Source: Candidatus Methanomethylicia archaeon (GTDB lineage Archaea; Thermoproteota; Methanomethylicia; Nezhaarchaeales; B40-G2). Taken from it: a stretch of DNA of 64,000 nt. Below are positions 39,623 through 49,996 of the stretch, piece after piece (the stretch's first letter is position 1; each line of letters opens with the position of its first letter). The DNA is taken from the NCBI GenBank assembly GCA_029259155.1, contig JAPDJI010000001.1, forward strand, positions 57,377-121,376, read 5' to 3'. The position numbers were made by a program, and so were the translations under genes. The notes beneath the pieces are model-generated. The model made no database searches and was not told the origin of the DNA. It saw only the letters and a program-made list of their open reading frames with translations.

Positions 39623-41242
39623 CTATAGCAGGTTTTCGTCCTGTACGTAGCTTCTCCCTATTTTTAAGGCCAATTCAGCCTTAGCTAGTTCATAACCTAA
39701 GTAGAAAGCATGTTTAAGGTCTGTCACAAGCCCTACCCTGATTATAGTGTCGCGTAGATCGAAAGCTCTTTGCCCCTCTATGATGACATCGGGCCTAATT
39801 TCTCCTCTTTTAAAGTGTAGGAGGGTGATTAAGTTCCTGCGCCGATCTACCATGACTTTAAATGAGCCTGCAGGATCTCTACGAGGCTCACCTTCCCCCT
39901 TAGCCTCGACGACTTTTACACCATCAGGCCTTACGTAATCTTCCTCTTTTCTTCTTTTCTCCTTCAATATGAGGAGATCAACCCCAAGATCTTTAGGAGG
40001 GGCTTGTCGTTTCCTCGCTAATGAAGCCATCTTCGCTGCAGTTACTAGTTCCTTAACGCAATTTACAGTCTTAGCGCTGCCTTCAGTTGTTAGAAGCAAT
40101 CCCACCCCTGTTTCCATGGCTAGGATGGCTAGGAGCGCGTTGAGTCCTTGGCTATCTGCGTCAATAAGCTCCGTCACGTTGCCAGCTCCAAGCATTAAAG
40201 GAACTCGGGGCATTTTTAAGGCGAAGAGGCGGCAGGTGGCGAAGGCTTCAAAGCATCCTGGGCTTATAGGCGGATCTACTAAAGGGTCCACTATGATCTT
40301 CCTGGCTCCTGCGTCTCTCAGCTCCTTGACCATGCCTGTTAATATTTCAACCCTCTCCTCAGCGCTACCTACTTTAGCTTCTTGAGGCTCAAAAGGGACA
40401 ACTACGTATGCCACGTTCTTAGCTCCCTCGATATCGAGCAGTTTTTTAACGTCCTTGATGGTGTATGGCGTTAGACTAAGTACCATGTCTACCTTAGATT
40501 TTAACCCCTCTCTTATTTCCTCCTTATCTAGCGAGTCTATGCTAACCGGTAAGTCTACGGTTTTTCTAATAGTCTTGACTAACCGCTTTACTTCATGAGG
40601 TCTAGGGTCTTCAGATAACATTCCTAAATCTATTACGTCAGCTCCCTCCTCAGCAAATTTCCTAGCCTTAAACATGAGTTCTTCTTGGCTGAGAAGAGGT
40701 ACGTCTAGAATTTCAGCCGCTACTCTTAAGGGTGCGCCTCCTCCTATCCATACCCCCTTCTTCTTGCCCACTTTAACTGCCTTGGAACGATCAACGTTTT
40801 TCTCAAGCATAAGAAGTTCCTCATTAATGGATACGCGGATTCTATCTTCAAGAAGTGCACACGCTGGCAGCGTTTTAGATAACACTTCTCCTTTCTCTAA
40901 GGCTTCTAGAACTACTGGTAGGTCAACAGCATGTTTAGGTCCTTTAAAAACTGGTAGGTCGAGTTCATCCTCAACAATAGAGGCATCTCCAGGTATCATG
41001 CCAGGAAGGAGGATGCAATCGTATCCTTTAACTCCTCTCTCCTTAAGCTCCCTCGTTATGTAGCTAAGGCTCATTAAAGCTGCTACGGGTTTAGGTAGTA
41101 CTTCAACCTTCACGTCGATCTTGCTCTTAGACACAACCTGGCTAACCAATTTACTTGCCATTAACCCTGTTACAACAAGTATCTTCACCACTTTGATCAG
41201 CCAAAGCTGAGGAAAGCACAGTCCTTTAAGTCCTTGACGCAC
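39623..41242 (-). CDS. Dihydropteroate synthase-like protein (MJ0107-type, DUF4346 C-terminus); start probably about 41190
   Basis: KILVVTG, KGPKHAVDL, GADVIDLG, SIDS, GNVTELIDADS, PKDLG and HAFYLGYELAKAE...YVQD motifs. Confidence 0.85.
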   Translation of the reverse strand: MRQGLKGLCFPQLWLIKVVKILVVTGLMASKLVSQVVSKSKIDVKVEVLPKPVAALMSLSYITRELKERGVKGYDCILLPGMIPGDASIVEDELDLPVFKGPKHAVDLPVVLEALEKGEVLSKTLPACALLEDRIRVSINEELLMLEKNVDRSKAVKVGKKKGVWIGGGAPLRVAAEILDVPLLSQEELMFKARKFAEEGADVIDLGMLSEDPRPHEVKRLVKTIRKTVDLPVSIDSLDKEEIREGLKSKVDMVLSLTPYTIKDVKKLLDIEGAKNVAYVVVPFEPQEAKVGSAEERVEILTGMVKELRDAGARKIIVDPLVDPPISPGCFEAFATCRLFALKMPRVPLMLGAGNVTELIDADSQGLNALLAILAMETGVGLLLTTEGSAKTVNCVKELVTAAKMASLARKRQAPPKDLGVDLLILKEKRRKEEDYVRPDGVKVVEAKGEGEPRRDPAGSFKVMVDRRRNLITLLHFKRGEIRPDVIIEGQRAFDLRDTIIRVGLVTDLKHAFYLGYELAKAELALKIGRSYVQDENLL

Positions 41243-41590
41243 CTATCGGGAAGTTTTAAAGTTTAAGGAGGATGAATTGGAGGAGATGGTGCCACAGCCC
41301 TCCTTGGTGACTGTCAAGCCCCCGTGAGCCCTTATACGGCTGATCATCCACCATGCGTTTGAAAAGTTAAGAGTGACTACGTATACCTTGCCTGAAGGGA
41401 TTGTTATAGGGTAGACAAAATTCGCAGTTAAGTTAACCAGAGTACTGCGATGATAAAAGTTCAGTGAACATGATCTAAGTAAAGAAATAGAACAATTGCA
41501 GGTATCTCTCCTACATTTCTCACCCAAACAGTTATGCTTACTTCGTCTATTACTATACGGGCTTGGGTCTCCATGGAGGGAACTGCGCTA
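41243..41590 (-). pseudogene. Degraded second pilin copy lacking the prepilin N-terminus
   Basis: PSMETQARIVIDEVSITVWVRNVGE...*, then a shifted frame with a pilin-like C-terminus; shares a 46-bp repeat with 41972-42017. Confidence 0.6.
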
Positions 41591-41655
41591 CGCCTAGCCA
41601 ATTATCTGGCATCGTCATGATAGTTTGCTTGGGCAAGTGATAAGAAAGATGACTT

Positions 41656-42146
41656 TTATGTCCTTGATGGGTAGAATGGTATTGGCGTTGATACAGCTAC
41701 TGCACCTTCAGCCGTTACAACCTTAACAAGGTAATGGCGCTCAGTACTTGGGTAGATCCCGCCTAATGAAAGATGTACTTTTTCAACTTCATCTGGCTTA
41801 AGGAATGGCTTCTGCATCGTTCCGTTCCAATTCCATTCTTAGTAGGTTACGTTACCATATATTAGTGTACCATTAACGTCTAGGAGGTATATGTGAGTTA
41901 TATGAACCGGTGTTTCACCAACGTTTCTGACATACGCAACAACCATGGGGCTTGTATACCGGCTTCGAGGTCAGTTATGTTTGCTTCGTCTACGACTATG
42001 CGGGCTTGGGTTTCCATTGGTGGAGAGGCGCTTGAACCTATGTAGCCCATGACGAAGCTATACACTACGATGGCGGCAGCGACAGCGATAACTATCATTA
42101 ACAGCACCGCTATTATCGGTGATACACCTTTCCTGCTTTTCTTCAT
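41656..42146 (-). pseudogene. Archaeal type IV pilin with a frameshift (about 41950) and an internal TAA (41839-41841)
   Basis: RKG|VSPIIAVLL signal; second frame VVAYVRNVGETPV...TY*EWNW...YLVKVVTAEGA. Confidence 0.75.
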
Positions 42147-42300
42147 TATTTACACCTACGCTATGCAGTGGTGGATGATTTTATTTATAATCTTTTTGCG
42201 GCTATAAAGTACTGTTATACAATTAGTTTTAACCTTTCCCGGTAAATGTTATAATCTTTGACTAGACATTGACTGAGATGTATTAAGGAACCACTGCGAG

Positions 42301-43010
42301 GTGACGGTATTTATGCCTATCTGGGACACGGACTACATTTACGGTAACAAAGCCTGCTTTGAAGCGTGGACAGTTCCGGGGAGTACTCCTAGTGTTCCGT
42401 CTTCAGTAGACCCTGTTATGGTTGTGTGGAGTGGATGGCCTAGACGCGTTTATAATGCTTCATGGTACCCCTTTGACGGTTACAACGTTACAGGGGATGT
42501 GACGCTCTACCTGTTAACCTCGGCTTTCGACTTTAAATGCCTAGTTTATGATTTTAGGGGGGAGCCTTTAAGAGGTTTCCTTGTAAATGTTTCCTTAAAC
42601 AATGTGTTGTTAGACTCGAGTGTTGTGGATGATAACCCACTGGTAGATTTTAGCTCAACTCCAAGCCTCTGTTACTGGTCCAACTACACGTACTCTCTCT
42701 CCTGCAACCCTCCCGATCCCTATGGAATTATTAGCTATCCTATGACCAAGTTTAGTGTTCTCACTGCTGGCTGGCCTCACGATGCTTGGGTCAACCTTAA
42801 CTTTGAAGGCTGTATCGTTGCCAACCTAAGGGATGCACTTGGTAGACCTTTCGGGGACGCGTTGGTATGCTTGGTTAATAATACAGGGCCTTCAACGGGG
42901 AGATAACGATCTATGTCGAGGCGGATGAAAACGGATTAGCTCAAATACCTGTGGGGATTAATGGTCTCTCCCGAGTTTTTCTTGCTTTAGTTTCTTCTGC
43001 CGCCATGTAA
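42301..43010 (+). pseudogene. Fragment of a surface/glycoprotein-like gene with a probable frameshift near 42900
   Basis: VYDFRGEPL and LRDALGRP beta-sandwich-like units with several N-x-S/T sites; alternative frame continues EITIYVEADENGLAQIP. Confidence 0.45.
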
Positions 43011-43105
43011 CCGCCGCTCAGCTTTTAATCTATGCTCAGTTGAAGTCGTTAAGGATTAAGCGACATAAAAGTTTAATGGGTAAACCACAGCTACATCATA
43101 CTTCT

Positions 43106-44176
43106 TTAACGAAGTAGACGCGCCTGCTCTTCCAGGAACCGCGCTACATCGTCTATTTTAGGGTGTTCTCCATGCAGGCTTGAGATATAGTAAGCCGCTA
43201 CAGCATTAGCTAAGATAAGCCTCTCTCTAGGGCTAAGCCCTAGCGCCCAGCCATAGATATTGCCTGCATTCCAGGCATCTCCTGCCCCTGTTACTCTTAG
43301 AGTTTTTACTTTAAAGCAGGGCACTAATGATCTTTCTGAAGAGCTGAAGGTAGCTGAATACTCAACGGTGTGTAGATCTACTCTTATGCCTAAGCTTCTC
43401 TGAAGCTCCTCAGCACAGGCTAAGGAATCCTCTGCGCTGCATCCTAGAGCTGAGGCATACCAGCGTGCCTCATTTTCGTTTACGCCCAAGGCGTCAAGCA
43501 AGGTAGGTTTAAACACCTTCTCAACAAGCTCAGGGATTTCTTCACGTCGCTGTGAAGGATCGGCGGTATCCATGAAGGTTTTAGCCTTACCTTTTGCCTT
43601 GATTTTCCTGAAGACCTCTTCGGCTAGCTTGGTTCCTTCAAGATTAGAGGTCCAATTGAATATGCATACGTAGTCTGAACGTGAGAGCTCTATATAGTCT
43701 TCTTCGCTTAGCTCTCCTGGGCCGTAGTGAGCTAAGGATCCAGGATCGCTTATCATTACGTTGCACAGTCTTCCTCTGTGGGCTAGCTCTATGGCAACTG
43801 TCATAGAGAGCTCGCCATCGCTTCTAACTCTCGATAGATCCACGCCGATGGGCATTAACATCTTCAGTAGCTCTAGTCCAATATGACTCGTTTTAAGGAA
43901 AAGCTTGACCCTAGCGCCTAGCCTAGCTAGAGCTGAGGCAGTGTTGGCAGCATTACCTCCTCTAATCAGGCTTTGTTTCCTGAACCCTAAGCTTCCCCCT
44001 CCTTGCTCAGCTATGCGTTTCACGTCGGTAAGGAAGCTTTCTAAACTCGAACCATAGGAAACTACCCTGTCTAGGAAGAAGTCGGGCATAACAGATATGG
44101 TTGGGCTTTTCTTTACCTTCAATATTTTATGAGCTAAATTTTCCAGCTCCTCAGGGCCCAGATCCTCTATCCTCAA
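43106..44176 (-). CDS. PfkB/ribokinase family kinase
   Basis: GGNAANTA, NENEA and VTGAGDAWNAG motifs. Confidence 0.88.
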   Translation of the reverse strand: MRIEDLGPEELENLAHKILKVKKSPTISVMPDFFLDRVVSYGSSLESFLTDVKRIAEQGGGSLGFRKQSLIRGGNAANTASALARLGARVKLFLKTSHIGLELLKMLMPIGVDLSRVRSDGELSMTVAIELAHRGRLCNVMISDPGSLAHYGPGELSEEDYIELSRSDYVCIFNWTSNLEGTKLAEEVFRKIKAKGKAKTFMDTADPSQRREEIPELVEKVFKPTLLDALGVNENEARWYASALGCSAEDSLACAEELQRSLGIRVDLHTVEYSATFSSSERSLVPCFKVKTLRVTGAGDAWNAGNIYGWALGLSPRERLILANAVAAYYISSLHGEHPKIDDVARFLEEQARLLR

Positions 44177-44885
44177 CTCTGCCTACCCCTCCCTCTGTGG
44201 AGGGGAGGGTTAAGGCAACCTCGATAGGGCATGGGGGCCTATCGAGGTTCCTCTTCCACTCCTCTCCGAAGGCTAGAAGCACGAATACGCCTATGGGATT
44301 AGCTTTGGCTTTCCTGGTTAAGTTCATGAGAGCTTGTATGGTCTTCCCTGACCTTATCAAATCATCAACTATTAATACATCGTCTTTAGGGCTTAAAGCC
44401 TCCTTGGGGACATAGAGGGTGGTGAGCATGGCTGGGCTTCCAGAGGGATAGGCTTCCTCAATAAACTCCTTTACTCCTATATCCTTGGTTCTCTTAGCCA
44501 CCACTAAGGGTATCTCTAGGTAGAGAGCTATGGAAGTGGCTAAGGGTATGCCATTTACCGCGGCGGTGAGAATTTTCGTCAGTCGCTTACCGGCAAAACG
44601 CATGGACGCCTCTAAGCTGGCTTGCATTAATAGGTGAGGATCATGGATTAGGTTAGTGGTGTCAGCAAAACCATAGTTATCGAACTTGAGCCTACTTCTA
44701 AGAGTCTCTGCGAAGTCTTCAAACCTGCTTAAAGCCTCCCAAAGCTCTCTTGCGGTTTCCTCGCCTGGCAAGACATCTCCCTTCACATACCTACACAATA
44801 CAGTCTCTGGTTTTCCTAGCTTCCTCGCTAGTTCATTGTAAGAGTAGGTTTTCTTGAGTAGTCTAAGCTTCTCTACTACCATCAT
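44151..44885 (-). CDS. HTH-fused purine phosphoribosyltransferase family protein (PurR-like regulator); start may lie upstream
   Basis: N-terminal HTH SYNELARKLG...LCRYVKG; VLIVDDLIRSGKT PRPP motif. Confidence 0.82.
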   Translation of the reverse strand: MMVVEKLRLLKKTYSYNELARKLGKPETVLCRYVKGDVLPGEETARELWEALSRFEDFAETLRSRLKFDNYGFADTTNLIHDPHLLMQASLEASMRFAGKRLTKILTAAVNGIPLATSIALYLEIPLVVAKRTKDIGVKEFIEEAYPSGSPAMLTTLYVPKEALSPKDDVLIVDDLIRSGKTIQALMNLTRKAKANPIGVFVLLAFGEEWKRNLDRPPCPIEVALTLPSTEGGVGRVEDRGSGP

Positions 44886-45192
44886 TCTAAACTTTAGATT
44901 TTCTTCTTTCCTCCGCGTAGCTCCGCACCCCCTGAAGCGTCTAAGCTACGCTGCGTGCTCGGATAAGCTTTGCTAGGGAGTTTATTAATACATTATCGTA
45001 AGCGTTAACCTTTTTCGAGCTTCTCCTATGACTACTTATCTACTCTAGGTCTTAACTATGACCTTAAGTAGTGGTGGATACCTTTGGAACCTCTTTAATT
45101 TGAACTTCAGGTTTAATGAGGCTGCTACCTACTTTCCAGCTCTTAAACGTTTAAGTTTAGTCAGTCTGACCTTCACGCTGTTGAAGGAACCA

Positions 45193-45858
45193 TTAGGCAT
45201 GCGTGGAGGGTTTACTTCTCACTGCACATTTAAAGAGGGCAGGGTTTAGCTCGTAGTATGGGCCTTTAGCTGTGGGCTTAAGCTGAGACATGGATATCAG
45301 GGGGCTTATGAAGCCTCCCCCCTTGAGCTCAGAGATTAACACTCCAGCCTCACTCTCGGGGAGGCCTACTTCGATGATGGATGTTTTTATTAGCTCGGCG
45401 TCGACTAACAGCTGGGAGGTCTTCGAAACCATGACTTTGAGAGCCTCCGTGAAGGAGCTAGCGTGAACTTCTCTTATAGCCTCAAAATACCTCTGGGCCG
45501 CATACTCATAGCTCCACCTCCCCGTCCACAGTAAACCTTCAAAAGCATAGTACACAGCAATGGGTACCTCCAGTTCCTCCCCGGGCTCCACCTTTAACGC
45601 TCTGTGCTCCCACGCCAATCCTCTACCTGTCTTAGACCTAACAGGTACCATTGCCCTAACACCTTCAAGGTCAAGCAGCGCGTCGTAGAGTTCTTCTTCA
45701 TCAATTCCCTCCTCTTCAGCTAGCGCTGCGACCTCAACCATCGTCACTCTCAGCTTACCCCTCTCCAGCACACGGCAAAGCAGGTTAGCGGTTTTCTCTT
45801 GGAGGTTTAGTGCCTTAGCCAATTCTCTACAGACTTCACGCCTTACCTGGCTGAGCAA
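45193..45858 (-). CDS. Hypothetical protein (possible tandem winged helix)
   Basis: 221-aa ORF with GGTGAGGGGG RBS; ISELKGGGFISP...YELNP. Confidence 0.55.
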   Translation of the reverse strand: MLSQVRREVCRELAKALNLQEKTANLLCRVLERGKLRVTMVEVAALAEEEGIDEEELYDALLDLEGVRAMVPVRSKTGRGLAWEHRALKVEPGEELEVPIAVYYAFEGLLWTGRWSYEYAAQRYFEAIREVHASSFTEALKVMVSKTSQLLVDAELIKTSIIEVGLPESEAGVLISELKGGGFISPLISMSQLKPTAKGPYYELNPALFKCAVRSKPSTHA

Positions 45859-46143
45859 CTTCTACCCCCTCACCTGAATGTTGCGTTGGCGACAATTAAA
45901 GAGCGGCGGCGTCCGCCTTTAAATCTTAACGAGGCGTCTACTCACCAACCATGTTAAGTAAGCGTTTACGTAACTTCCAAGTAGGTATGACGCTGTGCTC
46001 CACAGCTCGTCTAGGCGCTGGATTTACATTTTAGATGTGTTTAAGGAGGCTCCAAGCCATGGTTAAGGGGAGAGAGATGCCGGGAAAGAAAAGTTTGTTA
46101 AACCCTTATCTTCACCCGACTATCTATCCTCTACGGAGCTGAG

Positions 46144-47061
46144 TTGTCGAGGTTATCTTCTTTAATCGAAGAGGCTTACACGGTAAGCGCTGACGGCTTT
46201 ATAGAAGTAGTTGAGAATGTAATTCGGCTTCAGAGGACAGCGGTCGAGAACGGTAGGATTGGAGACGTAGTAGTGGAGGGGGATTTGATAACTATCCCTA
46301 AGAGAGGGGAATTAGTAGTGGTGGGCGACCTTCACGGCGACCTTCAAAGCCTATTATACATTATCGAGGATGGCTTCTCCTTTAAGGAAGATGTTAAGTT
46401 GGTTTTCCTCGGAGACTATGGAGATAGGGGGGTCCATTCAGTAGAGGTGTATTACGTGGTGCTTAAATTAAAGGAAAAGTATCCTGAACAGGTCTTCCTG
46501 CTTAGAGGAAACCATGAAGGACCACCCGATCTATTAGCCAGCCCTCACGACCTCCCCTTGATGATTTATAAACGCTTTTCTAGGCGGGGAGAGGAAGTCT
46601 ATGCTGCTGTGAGGAGGCTCTTCGACGTTTTTCATGTAGCCGCTATAGTGGAAGGTTCCTATGTCCTTCTACATGGTGGTGCTCCAAGCACATTAACCTC
46701 TCTTCAAGAGCTCTCTCAGGCTTCGAGGCTACATCCCTCTAAATCTATCTTGGAGGAGGTCCTATGGAATGATCCTGTGGATGGCGTTACGGGGTCATAT
46801 CCTTCACCTAGAGGAGCAGGAAGACTCTTCGGCTCTGACATAACTTCAAAGCTGCTAGGACTAGCTGGAGCTAAGACTTTAATTAGAGGACATGAACCCT
46901 GTCCTGAAGGAGTAGAAGTTAGACATGAAGGTAAGGTCCTCACGCTCTTCTCAAGAAAAGGTCCTCCATACATGAACTTGAGGGCTGCCTATCTAAAACT
47001 TAATTTGGATACAGAACCTTTAAATGCCTACGAACTAGCCAATAGGACTACTAGGTTCTAG
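46144..47061 (+). CDS. PPP-family Ser/Thr protein phosphatase
   Basis: GDLHG, GDYGDRG, LRGNHE, LHGG, LWNDP and RGHE motifs. Confidence 0.9.
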   Translation: MSRLSSLIEEAYTVSADGFIEVVENVIRLQRTAVENGRIGDVVVEGDLITIPKRGELVVVGDLHGDLQSLLYIIEDGFSFKEDVKLVFLGDYGDRGVHSVEVYYVVLKLKEKYPEQVFLLRGNHEGPPDLLASPHDLPLMIYKRFSRRGEEVYAAVRRLFDVFHVAAIVEGSYVLLHGGAPSTLTSLQELSQASRLHPSKSILEEVLWNDPVDGVTGSYPSPRGAGRLFGSDITSKLLGLAGAKTLIRGHEPCPEGVEVRHEGKVLTLFSRKGPPYMNLRAAYLKLNLDTEPLNAYELANRTTRF

Positions 47062-47070
47062 TATCCGATT

Positions 47071-47589
47071 ATGTGGAGGCGAGTCTGCTTGGAGAGGCTT
47101 TGGGCTCCTTGGAGAATGAAGTATATAACTTCCATAAGCTCCGAGAAGCCTAAAGAATGTATCTTCTGCCGTAAACCCAGCGAGGGCAAGGATGAAGAGA
47201 ACTTCATAGTTTATAGGGGGCCTAACTGCTTCATTATGTTGAACATCTTCCCCTACAATACGGGCCACCTACTGATAGCTCCCTACTCCCATAAACCAAG
47301 CTTGATGGACTTAACCGAAGAGGAGTTATTAGGCTTGATGAAGTGCACTTCTCTCGGTTTGAGGCTACTCACTGAAGCCTTAAAGCCTGATGGGTTTAAC
47401 GTGGGCATTAATATAGGTAGGTTTGCAGGCGCAGGGGTGGAAGGCCACATCCATGTCCATGTTGTTCCTCGCTGGGCTGGCGATACCAACTTCATGACTG
47501 TGGTGTCGGGGACGAAGGTATTGCCGGAGCTTCTGAAAGATACATACTCTAGGCTTAAAGAAGCGTTGGCTAAGTTAACCCAGCCTTAA
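47071..47589 (+). CDS. HIT-family hydrolase (Ap4A phosphorylase-like); start probably TTG 47089
   Basis: LWAPWR, CIFC and HIHVHVVPRW motifs. Confidence 0.9.
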   Translation: MWRRVCLERLWAPWRMKYITSISSEKPKECIFCRKPSEGKDEENFIVYRGPNCFIMLNIFPYNTGHLLIAPYSHKPSLMDLTEEELLGLMKCTSLGLRLLTEALKPDGFNVGINIGRFAGAGVEGHIHVHVVPRWAGDTNFMTVVSGTKVLPELLKDTYSRLKEALAKLTQP

Positions 47590-48871
47590 CAGCCTTTACA
47601 AGTATGGGCATAAGCTCTACTCCTTTCTCTAAAAGTCCCAGCTTACCTAAGGCGCAGCTTCTCTCCGAGAATGTTTGGACCTCATCTTCCTCCACGCCTC
47701 CTCCAGCTATTAATATGGGCACTGGGTCATCGCTATGGGCTTTGAGACTACATGGTGTGGCGTGGTCAGCAGTTACACATATCACAGTCTCGCTGAGCTT
47801 AACGCTACTTAAAAGAGGAGCCATAAACTCCTCATCCACCAGCGAGATCGCCTCCGCTTTGCGTCTGGCGTCTCCGTCGTGCCCTGGCTCATCAGGGCCT
47901 TTGATATGTATGTAAAAAGCATCGAAGCGTGGAAGCGCCTCTAGGAGTCTCTCGACCCGAAACCTATAATCGTTCTTCAAATCTCCTGTGGGAGGAGGTA
48001 TAGGGATGACCTCCATTCCAGCTAGTTTTGCTATTCCTCTCTCCACAGGCATGTCGGCTAAACAAGCAAACCTTAAACCGTATTTTTCGTTCAAGTTGAA
48101 GAGCTTAGGTGTTTTATCGCCTGCATCCCTCATTAACACGATATTAGCCTTAAGCTTACCTTCTTCAACCCTCTTAACATTAATAGGATGCTTCTCTAAA
48201 AGTTCCCTTGACTTCACCGTGAACTCGTTAACTAGTTCTGCAGCAGCCTTAGCTTCAGGTGTATCCTTTAAAGGCTCGCAGCGCTTGACCATTCTCTCCG
48301 GTTTTACGCTAGCTATGCCCATCCCTTCAAGCTTAACGTAGGCAGGGTCGGTGTTGGTTATGTCGGCCGATAGCTTAATCCCCCTCCCCTTTATAACCAA
48401 CACTGCTCTGTGCCCTATCGTGGTCTTAAATACGAAGTCGGCCGGATGGGACTCGAGCTTCACCTCCTTGTTGATAGCACTCCCTAACTCTGCGGCTTCT
48501 TCGCTAGTAAGACTCCTACCCACCCTCCTGTCAATGAGCTCCCAGTCGCCACCTACGGTAGCGAAGTTGCATCTAAGGGCTAAGTCCCCGTCTTTCATTT
48601 CTATACCAGCTCCTATAGCTTCTAACGGCCCTCGGCCTGTGTGGTATCGTCTAGGGTCGTAGCCTAGAATAGACATCACGGCTACGTCGCTTTCAGGCGC
48701 TACCCCTTTCTCTACAGTATACATTAACCCGGTAACGCCTCTCTTAGCTAAGCCATCAAGATTAGGTGTGGAAGCGTATTCTAAAGGAGTAAGGCCGTTA
48801 AGCTCCTCCAGGGGTCTATCGGCCATTCCATCTATGACAATATATATCAACTTCAACATATACACCGTCAA
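47570..48871 (-). CDS. apgM: 2,3-BPG-independent phosphoglycerate mutase (archaeal ApgM)
   Basis: DGMAD, PESDVA, GRGPLEA, KGPDEPGHDG and TADHATP motifs. Confidence 0.9.
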   Translation of the reverse strand: MTVYMLKLIYIVIDGMADRPLEELNGLTPLEYASTPNLDGLAKRGVTGLMYTVEKGVAPESDVAVMSILGYDPRRYHTGRGPLEAIGAGIEMKDGDLALRCNFATVGGDWELIDRRVGRSLTSEEAAELGSAINKEVKLESHPADFVFKTTIGHRAVLVIKGRGIKLSADITNTDPAYVKLEGMGIASVKPERMVKRCEPLKDTPEAKAAAELVNEFTVKSRELLEKHPINVKRVEEGKLKANIVLMRDAGDKTPKLFNLNEKYGLRFACLADMPVERGIAKLAGMEVIPIPPPTGDLKNDYRFRVERLLEALPRFDAFYIHIKGPDEPGHDGDARRKAEAISLVDEEFMAPLLSSVKLSETVICVTADHATPCSLKAHSDDPVPILIAGGGVEEDEVQTFSERSCALGKLGLLEKGVELMPILVKAVKAGLT

Positions 48872-49029
48872 CTTTTCCCTCTTTCAAAGATCGTAAACTG
48901 GCAGCTTCCACATGTCCATCGATCACTATGTTTAGCCATAACCTTACCACACCTAGGACATAACCTGTTCTTCAGTTTGATGGTGCCTTTTTCGTAGTCG
49001 TATTCGTAAAGCTGATGCCTAGTAGCCAT
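48868..49029 (-). CDS. rps27ae: 30S ribosomal protein S27ae (eS31); absent from the ORF track (53 aa)
   Basis: MATRHQLYEYDYEKGTIKLKNRLCPRCGKVMAKHSDRWTCGSCQFTIFERGKS. Confidence 0.9.
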   Translation of the reverse strand: MATRHQLYEYDYEKGTIKLKNRLCPRCGKVMAKHSDRWTCGSCQFTIFERGKS

Positions 49030-49096
49030 AGTATTCCCTCCTTCACCTGCGAGGCCTAAGCTGTATTTAAGCTTAATAGGTATTAACGTCTACTCC

Positions 49097-49996
49097 TTGA
49101 AGGGTAAAAACTTGAGGAGAGTAGGGCTAAAGGATAGGCTTTCGCTAATGCCTCCCAAGAAATTGAAACTTCTAGGCATACTGTTCTTCGTAATTGCTGC
49201 TCTCATGTTCCTAATTGGTCTAGCTGGTTTCTGGTTTGGCTTGCCCTCTCCTCCTCTCATGCTCGCGTTAGCCTTACCTTTCATTCTAATGGGGTTTGTC
49301 GCGGCGGGCATGTGGCTCATACTTTTCGCTTCAGCTAGATCATCGTTTGAGAAGAGGATATCTAAGTATGTAACCTCCGAGGAGCTAGCTAAGATAGAGG
49401 AGGAGGTGGAGAAGGAGCTTTCTCCGGACCTTAAGGAAGAAGAGAAGAAGTTGTTAAAGCAGCTTGGAGTGAAGAGACGGGTTGAAGCGCTATATAACGC
49501 CAAGGTAGAGGCAGAGTTTCTTGAGGCCTTGAAGAAGAGGCTCAGGTTTAAGGCTGGTGAAGAGATTCTATCTATGGTTTCTAAGCAGTGGTCTGGGTCA
49601 ACCCTCTTTCTCTTCTCCCTCCCCCTCCTCTTAATAGCGGTGATCGTACTGTCAGGCTACTTTGGTTGGATTCTGCTACTGGTGCTATTGTTTATGGCGC
49701 TCTACTTCTCATCATCTAACTACTCGGTGTTCTACATAGCTACCAACAGGCGGCTGATTAAGCGGGTCTACTCGTCGTCTCTCTTTAAAAGAAGTGAGAC
49801 AGGAGAGGAGCTTAGGTGGTCTGCGGTGAAGCAATTTAAGGTTAGCAAAGGACGTAGAGGATTTAAAGCGCAGGTTAAAGGGGAAGATGAAATAATAACC
49901 CTGGATAGGCTTAAAGGAGAAGATGCCGAAAAGTTGATCAAGGTTATCGAGGAACAGGTTTCCTTGGCTAAGGGCTCTTCTGGAAAGCTTTCCTGA
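49097..49996 (+). CDS. Membrane protein with C-terminal bacterial PH-like domain
   Basis: Four TMs; YIATNRRLI motif. Confidence 0.55.
   Translation: MKGKNLRRVGLKDRLSLMPPKKLKLLGILFFVIAALMFLIGLAGFWFGLPSPPLMLALALPFILMGFVAAGMWLILFASARSSFEKRISKYVTSEELAKIEEEVEKELSPDLKEEEKKLLKQLGVKRRVEALYNAKVEAEFLEALKKRLRFKAGEEILSMVSKQWSGSTLFLFSLPLLLIAVIVLSGYFGWILLLVLLFMALYFSSSNYSVFYIATNRRLIKRVYSSSLFKRSETGEELRWSAVKQFKVSKGRRGFKAQVKGEDEIITLDRLKGEDAEKLIKVIEEQVSLAKGSSGKLS

Noticed and set aside
45000-45190. Track ORF 45058-45249 or a minus-strand gene remnant
   Set aside because: Several stops on the minus strand and no recognisable family
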